A DNA stretch of 64,000 nucleotides from an uncultured Gammaproteobacteria bacterium (lineage in GTDB: Bacteria > Patescibacteriota > Microgenomatia > UBA8517), in the NCBI GenBank assembly GCA_964431555.1, contig CAYSJW010000033.1, positions 9,389-73,388 of the forward strand. The letters run 5' to 3'. The notes under the pieces were generated by a model that was not told the origin of the DNA, made no database searches, and saw nothing but the letters and a program-made list of their open reading frames with translations. A program made the translations under genes and the position numbers. Positions 20,572 to 28,624 of this stretch are shown piece after piece. Numbering within the stretch: the first letter of the stretch is position 1; each line of letters begins with the position of its first letter.

Positions 20572-21639
20572 ATGGCTTTAAGTAATAAATATTTATTTGA
20601 GAAGTACAAATTAGTTTCTGACACAATTAAATTGTATCCAAATCAATTTGAACAAGCTTGGGAAGAAATAAAAAATATCAATATTCCGGACGATTACAAA
20701 AAAATCGATAATGTTGTTTTTTGCGGAATGGGAGGATCGGCGTTAGGTGCAAGAATTGTTGAATCTTTTGGGTTTGGAAAACTTAGGGTTCCAATAAAAA
20801 TTGTTAACGATTACAAAATTCCTGCGTATGTAAATCCAAAAACTTTGGTTATTGTTTCTTCTTATTCTGGGACGACAGAAGAAACAATAGAGTCAACCTA
20901 TAAAGCGATTAAATCTAATGCAAAACTATTCGCTATTACAACAGGTGGTAAACTTTCCGAAATAGTGAAAAAAGAAAAAATTCCTGCTTATGTTTTTAAT
21001 CCTCTTTTCAATCCTTCAAACCAACCAAGAATGTCTATTGGATATGCTTTTGGAGCTACTTTAGCAACTTTTAATAAATTAAATTTACTAACGATTTCTG
21101 ATGATGAAATTGGAAATGCTTTAAGAAATAGTTATAAGATTTTAACGGAGATTCAAGAAAATGCTCCAATAAGTAAAAATCTAACACATCACTTTTCTTT
21201 GTCATTAAGAAACAAAATACCAATTATCGTTGCTTCTGAACACCTTTATGGTGCTTCTTATACAATAAAAAATCAGTTTAATGAATCAGCAAAAACATTT
21301 TCGGTTATTTTTGATATTCCTGAATTAAATCATCATTTAATGGAAGGTTTATCCAATCCTAAAGGACAGAAGGAATTGTTTGAATTCATTTTTTTTGAGT
21401 CTGAAAATTACGACGAAAAAATTAGAAAACGATACAAAATAACAGCCGACGTTCTTGATAAAAATAATATAAGTTATTTGTTTTACAATACAAAGTCTAA
21501 AGACTTATTATCTGAAATTTTTGAAGTATTAATTTTTGGATCATACACAGTATACTTTTTAACAAAATTATACAATATAGATCCTCTTGAAATACCATGG
21601 GTGGATTACTTCAAGGAAAAGCTTTCAAAATATTCTTAA
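20572..21639 (+). CDS. Bifunctional phosphoglucose/phosphomannose isomerase (SIS, archaeal type)
   Basis: GMGGSA, SYSGTTEET, NESAK, PELNHH. Confidence 0.88.
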   Translation: MALSNKYLFEKYKLVSDTIKLYPNQFEQAWEEIKNINIPDDYKKIDNVVFCGMGGSALGARIVESFGFGKLRVPIKIVNDYKIPAYVNPKTLVIVSSYSGTTEETIESTYKAIKSNAKLFAITTGGKLSEIVKKEKIPAYVFNPLFNPSNQPRMSIGYAFGATLATFNKLNLLTISDDEIGNALRNSYKILTEIQENAPISKNLTHHFSLSLRNKIPIIVASEHLYGASYTIKNQFNESAKTFSVIFDIPELNHHLMEGLSNPKGQKELFEFIFFESENYDEKIRKRYKITADVLDKNNISYLFYNTKSKDLLSEIFEVLIFGSYTVYFLTKLYNIDPLEIPWVDYFKEKLSKYS

Positions 21640-21694
21640 ATTTTAATGGTTGATTAAAAATTTCTAATAGTTTAGGATTATTTTATATAAAATT

Positions 21695-23968
21695 ATGACT
21701 GCCCATCCATTAATAGCCTTTTTCAAAGATATAGACAAGGGAGATGTAAACCTAGTTGGTGGAAAAGGAGCTAACCTAGGAGAGATGACCCAAGCTGGAT
21801 TTCCTGTCCCAAATGGTTTTGCAATTACTGTTGAATCTTATGATCTTTTTCTCAAGAGAAATGAAATATCGCAAAAAATAAGTAAAATATTAAAGACTGT
21901 TAATGTAAATAATTCTGAAGAACTTGAAGCTGCTTCTAAAAGTATAGAAAAACTGATAAAAACCAGTGAAATTCCTTCTGAAGTAACACACTCAATTATA
22001 TCATCCTATAATAAATTATCAGGTCATTTTAAAAAGGCTCTTGTTGCTGTAAGATCATCAGCCACAGCTGAAGATTTGCCTCAAGCGTCATTTGCGGGAC
22101 AACAAGCAACTTTTTTAAATATTAAAGGTGAAGCGAATTTATTAAATGCTGTAAGAGATTGTTGGGCATCATTATTTACTCAAAGAGCTATTTTTTACCG
22201 TGAACAAAATAAAATTCCTCACGATAAAGTAAAAATCTCAGTAATTGTTCAAAAAATGGTTCAATCGGAAGTATCAGGTGTAATGTTTACAATAGACCCG
22301 GTTACAAATGATAAAGATAGAATCATTATAGAGGCAGTCTGGGGTCTAGGAGAAATGATTGTCCAAGGTTCTGTAATACCTGATACTTACGTTGTTCAAA
22401 AAGAAACATTCGCTATATTATCTAAAGAAATATCCGATCAAAAAGTTCAACTCATTAAAAAGGGTGCTTTAACAATAGAAACAGAAGTTCCTAAAAACAA
22501 AAGAGATCTACAAAAAATTTCAGATGAAGAGATCGTGAAAATAGCCAAAATTGGCTACAAATTACAACAACATTATTATTTCCCTCAGGATATTGAATGG
22601 GCAAAAGAAGGAAAAGATATATTTATTGTTCAAACGCGTCCTGTAACCACAATTAAAGATAAAAAGGTTTCAATAAAAGATAAAGATATAAAAATATCAG
22701 AATTTCCCGTATTATCAGGAGCGGGAGCATCGCCTGGTATTGGTACAGGAACTGTTAAAATACTAAAAAGTCCAAAAGAGATATACAAGGTCAAAGAAGG
22801 AGATGTTTTAGTAGCTAAAATGACTTCTCCGGATTATGTTCCTGCAATGAAAAAGGCTTCAGCTATTGTTACTGATGAAGGAGGACAAACAAGTCATGCG
22901 GCTATTGTATCAAGAGAACTCGGTATTCCTTGTGTTGTTGGAACACAATTTGCAACTCAAAAATTAAAGGAAGGTATGGTTATTACTGTAAACGGCGCAG
23001 ATGGTAATGTTTATATAGGTTCAAAAGTTAAGAAAATATTTAAAGATGAAGAAGAAAAAGAAGATGAAGTATTTCATGGCAAAACCGCTACGAAAGTTTA
23101 CGTTAATTTAGCCGAAGTTGAAAAAGCAAATCAAATTGCAAAAGAAAATGTCGATGGGGTAGGTTTATTAAGAGCAGAATTCATGATAGCCAATATCGGA
23201 ATTCATCCTAAAGAAGCTATAAAAATTAAGAAACAAAATATTTTTATCGAAAAACTTACTCACGACATTGGTGTTTTTTGCAAGGCATTTTATCCAAGAC
23301 CGGTTGTTTATAGAGCTACAGATTTTAAAACAAACGAATATAGATCACTTCCGGGAGGAGACAAATGGGAACCATTAGAAAGTAATCCAATGTTGGGATT
23401 TAGAGGAGCGTACAGATATATATCAAATCCTGATGTATTCAACCTTGAGCTTCAAGCAATTAAAAATGTCAGATCTAAATATCCAAATTTGTACCTTATG
23501 ATTCCATTCGTCAGATCTCCAGAAGAGTTGGCTAAAGTAAGAAGGTTGGTTGCAGCAGAAGGTTTGTTTAAAATGGTTTCATTTAAATTTTGGATGATGG
23601 TAGAAATTCCTACTAACGTAATTTTAATTGATAAGTTTATTGATGTTGGTATTGACGGAGTATCAATAGGTTCGAATGACTTAACTATGCTTATCACTGG
23701 AACTGATAGAGATAATTCTGAAGTGGCAAAAGCTTTTGATGAAAGATCACCAGCAGTTTTATGGGCATTGAGAAGGGTTATTAAACATTGTGTTGCTAGA
23801 GGAATAACAACATCTATTTGCGGACAAGCTCCAAGCGAATATGATGATCTTGTTAAAAAGCTAGTTAAATATGGTATTACAAGTATTTCTGTTAACCCTG
23901 ATTCAATAAATAGAGCAAGAAAACTAATAAAAGATGCAGAAAAAGAGATTGCATTAGGTAAAAAATAA
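21695..23968 (+). CDS. ppsA: Phosphoenolpyruvate synthase
   Basis: VGGKGANLGE, VRSSATAED, GGQTSHAAIVSRE, SIGSNDLT. Confidence 0.96.
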   Translation: MTAHPLIAFFKDIDKGDVNLVGGKGANLGEMTQAGFPVPNGFAITVESYDLFLKRNEISQKISKILKTVNVNNSEELEAASKSIEKLIKTSEIPSEVTHSIISSYNKLSGHFKKALVAVRSSATAEDLPQASFAGQQATFLNIKGEANLLNAVRDCWASLFTQRAIFYREQNKIPHDKVKISVIVQKMVQSEVSGVMFTIDPVTNDKDRIIIEAVWGLGEMIVQGSVIPDTYVVQKETFAILSKEISDQKVQLIKKGALTIETEVPKNKRDLQKISDEEIVKIAKIGYKLQQHYYFPQDIEWAKEGKDIFIVQTRPVTTIKDKKVSIKDKDIKISEFPVLSGAGASPGIGTGTVKILKSPKEIYKVKEGDVLVAKMTSPDYVPAMKKASAIVTDEGGQTSHAAIVSRELGIPCVVGTQFATQKLKEGMVITVNGADGNVYIGSKVKKIFKDEEEKEDEVFHGKTATKVYVNLAEVEKANQIAKENVDGVGLLRAEFMIANIGIHPKEAIKIKKQNIFIEKLTHDIGVFCKAFYPRPVVYRATDFKTNEYRSLPGGDKWEPLESNPMLGFRGAYRYISNPDVFNLELQAIKNVRSKYPNLYLMIPFVRSPEELAKVRRLVAAEGLFKMVSFKFWMMVEIPTNVILIDKFIDVGIDGVSIGSNDLTMLITGTDRDNSEVAKAFDERSPAVLWALRRVIKHCVARGITTSICGQAPSEYDDLVKKLVKYGITSISVNPDSINRARKLIKDAEKEIALGKK

Positions 23969-23984
23969 ATTTAATATAAATTAT

Positions 23985-25253
23985 ATGGGAAAAATTCAAA
24001 AAATTTGGTCTAGACAAATACTTGATTCAAGAGGAACACCAACTGTTGAAACAGCTTGTCAGCTTGATAATGGTGAGGTTTCTGTAGCTTCTGTACCCAG
24101 TGGTGCGTCGACAGGTTCATATGAAGCATTGGAGTTAAGAGATGAAGACCCCAAAATGTATTATGGAAAAAGCGTGATGAAAGCAGTAGATAACGTCAAT
24201 AAGGTACTAGGTCCTGGCGTATGGGGTCTAGATGTTACTGATCAGGAAAAAATTGATAAAAGATTAATAGAATTAGATGGAACAAAAAATAAATCAAAAT
24301 ACGGTGCTAATGCAATACTTTCAATATCAATAGCAACTGTAAAAGCTGCTTCTCTTTCTACAAAACAACCTCTTTACCGCTGGATTAACACTTTAGCTAA
24401 AAGAGTAGGAATAAAAGAAGATGTAAAAGTACCAACACCTATATTTAACATGATAAACGGAGGTTTACATGGAGCTGGAAATCTTGATTTTCAGGAATTT
24501 CATGTAATTCCAGCAACATCTAAATCATATTCTGAAGGATTAAGAAGCGGTGTTGAAATATATATGATGTTAGGTAAAGATTTACAAAGAAGAGGTGCTA
24601 TTCATTCAATCGGAGATGAAGGAGGATATGCGCCTAATTTGTTTACAAATGCCGATGCTCTTGAAGTATTGTATGACACTATAAAACAGACACCATACCA
24701 AGTAGGAAGAGATGTCTTTTTTGGATTAGATGTTGCTGCAAGCCAATTTTTCAAAAATGGGGAGTATACTATTAGAGATAAAAGTGATGCCTTAAATGAT
24801 GAAGGACTACTTGAATATTATAAGTATCTTAATTCTCAATACCATTTAGCTGAAATAGAAGATCCCTTTCACGAGGATGCTTGGGATTCCTGGAAAAAGA
24901 TAAATGAAACATTTCAAGGCCAAATGATGATTGTAGGAGATGATCTTTTGGCTACAAATATTGAAAGGTTGGAAAAAGCAATTTCTGAAAAAAGTTGCAA
25001 TGCAATACTGGTAAAACCAAATCAAGTAGGAACTGTTTATGAAACTTTAATGGTTATAAAAAAAGCAAGAGACGCAAATTGGAAGATTGTTACATCACAT
25101 CGCTCGGGTGAGACTACTGACTGGTTTATAGCTGACTTTGCTGTTGGAGTAGGAAGTGAATTTACAAAATTTGGTGCTCCGTCAAGGGGAGAGAGGGTAA
25201 TAAAATATAATAGGTTACTTAGTATTGAAGCAGAAATTAATCAAAACAGATAA
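23985..25253 (+). CDS. eno: Enolase
   Basis: ILDSRGTPTVE, VPSGASTG, SHRSGET. Confidence 0.97.
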   Translation: MGKIQKIWSRQILDSRGTPTVETACQLDNGEVSVASVPSGASTGSYEALELRDEDPKMYYGKSVMKAVDNVNKVLGPGVWGLDVTDQEKIDKRLIELDGTKNKSKYGANAILSISIATVKAASLSTKQPLYRWINTLAKRVGIKEDVKVPTPIFNMINGGLHGAGNLDFQEFHVIPATSKSYSEGLRSGVEIYMMLGKDLQRRGAIHSIGDEGGYAPNLFTNADALEVLYDTIKQTPYQVGRDVFFGLDVAASQFFKNGEYTIRDKSDALNDEGLLEYYKYLNSQYHLAEIEDPFHEDAWDSWKKINETFQGQMMIVGDDLLATNIERLEKAISEKSCNAILVKPNQVGTVYETLMVIKKARDANWKIVTSHRSGETTDWFIADFAVGVGSEFTKFGAPSRGERVIKYNRLLSIEAEINQNR

Positions 25254-25438
25254 ATAAAATATAAACAATTCACTTATTTATTCTTTAAAAGTATTAAGTT
25301 AAACTTCCTGATTTAATTATTTCTAATTTAAAATTATTCACTTTTTAATATATGAATTTTCTGAAATATACTAATATATAAATATTTTTAAAATTAAATA
25401 TGAAATATGAAGTAAATTAGTTAGTTTTAATTATAAGA

Positions 25439-26059
25439 TTAATTTTTTATGTACCTTCTTATCAAACCGACTACCTTACCTTGAATTTTTACATTTTTTA
25501 CAAAAATTGGACTCATCTTTGAATTAGCCGGTTCTAGTCTTATTCTTGTTGTTTCTTTGTAAAATCTTTTTAAAGTAGCCATACCATTGTCTAATAAAGC
25601 AACAACGATGTCTCCATTATTTGCGCTTTCCGTTTGTTCAATAACAACATAATCACCATCTCTTATTTGTTCTTCAATCATAGATTCTCCTCTTACCTGA
25701 AGAACGTATGTTCTTTTATTGCCAGAAATAAAAGTTGATGGTATAGAGAATGTTGCGTTTGGATCTGTGTAAGGTTCAATTGGTGATCCTGCAGCTATAA
25801 AGCCTAATATAGGGACATCAACAGTTTGAGAAAGATTTATATCATAATTTATTAATTCCATAGATCTTCTTTTTCCTTTATTTCTTTTTAATAAACCTTT
25901 TTCTTCGAGTGTAGTTAGGTGTTCATGAACCGTTGCTAAAGATGAAACTCCTATCGCTTCTGCGATTTTTTTTAATGTAGGTGCTGAACCATATTTCTGT
26001 ATATATTGTTTTATAAAATCTAATATTTGATTCTGTTTTCTATAGATTATTAAAGCCAT
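25439..26059 (-). CDS. lexA: SOS repressor LexA
   Basis: Winged HTH, IAAG cleavage site, VRGESM Ser and TLK Lys catalytic dyad; start ATG 26059. Confidence 0.96.
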   Translation of the reverse strand: MALIIYRKQNQILDFIKQYIQKYGSAPTLKKIAEAIGVSSLATVHEHLTTLEEKGLLKRNKGKRRSMELINYDINLSQTVDVPILGFIAAGSPIEPYTDPNATFSIPSTFISGNKRTYVLQVRGESMIEEQIRDGDYVVIEQTESANNGDIVVALLDNGMATLKRFYKETTRIRLEPANSKMSPIFVKNVKIQGKVVGLIRRYIKN

Positions 26060-26069
26060 AATATTAATC

Positions 26070-26116
26070 TTTGTATAATATTTGTACAAATATTACCCGA
26101 ATATGTCAAGAGGCAA
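26070..26116. promoter_or_regulatory. lexA/uvrB divergent promoter region with candidate LexA direct-repeat sites
   Basis: Minus-strand TTGACA at 26109-26104; TTCG-N7-TTTG (minus, 26101-26087); TTTG-N7-TTTG (plus, 26070-26084); 20-bp palindrome 26076-26095. Confidence 0.65.
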
Positions 26117-26155
26117 ATTATAGTTTTTTTGCTGTATAATTATTAAAAATTTATT

Positions 26156-28216
26156 ATGAAATTTAAACTAAAATCATCATTTAAACCTACAAAAGATCAA
26201 CAAAATTCAATAGAAAAATTGGTTGAAAGATATAAAAAAAACATAAAATATCAGGTATTGCTGGGAGTTACTGGTTCTGGAAAAACTTTTACAATTGCTA
26301 ATGTTATAGAAAAGTTACAAAAACCGGCCCTGATAATCTCTCATAACAAAACGTTAGCCGCTCAGCTGTATCAGGAATTTAGAGAATTTTTTCCTGATAA
26401 TGCCGTTTCATATTTTGTTTCTTATTATGATTTTTATCAACCTGAGGCATACATACCATCAACTGATACTTATATAGAAAAGGATGCACAAATTAATGAA
26501 TCAATTGATAAATTAAGATTAGCAGCTACAACTAATATACTAACCAGAAATGATACCATAATAGTCGCTTCAGTTTCCTGTATATATAATATAGGCTCTC
26601 CATTAGAATACGGTCATTTTGTTTTTGAATTCTCACAAGGACAAAAAATTCAAAGAGAACAAATAATCAAAAGATTAATTGACCTTCAATATGAAAGAGA
26701 CAGTTTTAGCTTCAGAAGAGGAACATTTAGAATTATAGGCAATAATATTGATATATATCCAGCCTATCAAGACGAAGCTGTAAGGATAACAATTGATCAT
26801 GATAGAATATCAAATGTTGAGTTCTTTGATCCTATAACGGGTATAATAAATGAAGATAAACTTAAAATTTCAAATTTTATCCTTTATCCTTCAAAGCATT
26901 ATATAACAGACCCTTTAAATCAAAAGGATGCTTTTAGTCAAATAGAAATCGATTTAGAAAAAAGAGTTAAAGAATTAAAAAAACAAGGTAAAAATCTTGA
27001 GGCTTATAGATTAAAACAAAAAGTAACCTATGATTTGGAGATGATTAAGGAAATTGGGTATGTTAAGGGAATAGAAAACTATTCAAGATATTTCGATGGT
27101 AGAAATCCTGGAGATCCTCCTTACACACTTTTGGATTATTTTAATCATCCTTATAAAAATGATTGGTTAACTTTTATAGACGAAAGTCACATTACCTTTA
27201 CACAAATTAAGGGTATGTTTCAGGGAGATCTTTCAAGAAAAAAAATACTAATTGAATACGGATTTAGATTACCTTCTGCATTGGACAATCGTCCTTTAAC
27301 ATTTGATGAATTTTTAAGAAAAATACCTGGTTTTATCGCTACCAGTGCTACACCTTCAAGTTGGGAAGTTAGCATGGCAAATGAATCTGCAAAAAACCTG
27401 CATATTAAAAGAAAAAATCCAGGTGTCGTTGAACAATTACTTAGACCAACGGGTATACCTGATCCGGAAATATTTATAAGACCTACAATTAATCAAGTAT
27501 CAGATGTAATAAAAGAAATAATAAAAGTAAGAAATAAAGGGGAGAGATCATTAATAACTACTTTAACCAAAAAAACAGCAGAGGATCTATCCTCTTATCT
27601 TAAAGAAAAAGGTCTAAATGTCCATTATCTCCATTCAGATATTGAAACACTAGAAAGAACGAATATTCTAGAAGATTTAAGGAGAGGAAATTATGATTGT
27701 TTAGTTGGCGTAAATTTATTAAGAGAAGGTCTAGATCTTCCTGAAGTATCTCTTGTAGCTATATTGGATGCAGATAAAGAAGGTTTTTTAAGAAGTGAGG
27801 TATCTTTAATACAAACAATGGGTAGGGCAGCAAGACATAAAGATGGTAGGGTAATTTTATATGCAGATAATATTACCGGATCAATAAAAAGAGCTATATC
27901 AGAAGTAAAAAGAAGAAGAAAATATCAAATTGAGATGAATAAAAAATATGGTATAATACCATCTTCTATTCAAAAGCCAATTAGAAACAGATTAATAGAA
28001 GATGATAATACAACTGAAATAAATAGATTATTAAACAATAAAAATACACCAAATTATGATTTGGATTTATTAATTAAAGATTATCTTACTCCTATGGATA
28101 AAAAAAAGTTAATAATAAAGTTAAGAAAAGAGATGAAAATTGTTGCACAAGACATGAATTTTGAACTAGCTGCAAAATTAAGAGATAAAATATATGAATT
28201 ATCCGATAACTTATAA
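26156..28216 (+). CDS. uvrB: Excinuclease ABC subunit B
   Basis: GVTGSGKT, YYDFYQPEAY, DESH, QTMGRAAR, C-terminal UVR domain. Confidence 0.97.
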   Translation: MKFKLKSSFKPTKDQQNSIEKLVERYKKNIKYQVLLGVTGSGKTFTIANVIEKLQKPALIISHNKTLAAQLYQEFREFFPDNAVSYFVSYYDFYQPEAYIPSTDTYIEKDAQINESIDKLRLAATTNILTRNDTIIVASVSCIYNIGSPLEYGHFVFEFSQGQKIQREQIIKRLIDLQYERDSFSFRRGTFRIIGNNIDIYPAYQDEAVRITIDHDRISNVEFFDPITGIINEDKLKISNFILYPSKHYITDPLNQKDAFSQIEIDLEKRVKELKKQGKNLEAYRLKQKVTYDLEMIKEIGYVKGIENYSRYFDGRNPGDPPYTLLDYFNHPYKNDWLTFIDESHITFTQIKGMFQGDLSRKKILIEYGFRLPSALDNRPLTFDEFLRKIPGFIATSATPSSWEVSMANESAKNLHIKRKNPGVVEQLLRPTGIPDPEIFIRPTINQVSDVIKEIIKVRNKGERSLITTLTKKTAEDLSSYLKEKGLNVHYLHSDIETLERTNILEDLRRGNYDCLVGVNLLREGLDLPEVSLVAILDADKEGFLRSEVSLIQTMGRAARHKDGRVILYADNITGSIKRAISEVKRRRKYQIEMNKKYGIIPSSIQKPIRNRLIEDDNTTEINRLLNNKNTPNYDLDLLIKDYLTPMDKKKLIIKLRKEMKIVAQDMNFELAAKLRDKIYELSDNL

Positions 28217-28531
28217 TATAGGTATTTCAAAAGTTAAAAGATCTATACCATAAAACTGGTTTAAAATATTCATCAATGCATAGATTGAAAAAACAATAAA
28301 TATTCCTAAAAATGCGTTTATCAGTTGTCTTTTAGCTTGATCTAGTTTATCTTTTGAACCGCTTGATAATATAATTTTAATTCCACCAAACAACAAAGAA
28401 AATAGAAATAAAATTGAAGCGAACATTAAAGTTATGTTAATAAATGAATTGATCAAACCAGGAATAGTTATATATTCTAAACTTTTAAATTGACCTTTTG
28501 GCAACAAAATTATTTGTTTATTATATTTCAT
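28211..28531 (-). CDS. CPR-type pilin-like membrane protein (TrbC/VirB2-like)
   Basis: Two TMs joined by GGIKIILSSGSKDKLDQAKRQLINAFLG. Confidence 0.7.
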   Translation of the reverse strand: MKYNKQIILLPKGQFKSLEYITIPGLINSFINITLMFASILFLFSLLFGGIKIILSSGSKDKLDQAKRQLINAFLGIFIVFSIYALMNILNQFYGIDLLTFEIPIL

Positions 28532-28624
28532 AAATTTATATCAAAATATTTTATCAATTTATAATCCTATTTGCTATAATCTTTTTACCATGGTAAAGCG
28601 ATGGAGGTTTATTAGTGAAATTTT

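Noticed and set aside
28584-28597. 14-bp palindrome TTTACCATGGTAAA upstream of uvrA
   Set aside because: Single short AT-rich copy, unrelated to the candidate LexA repeat
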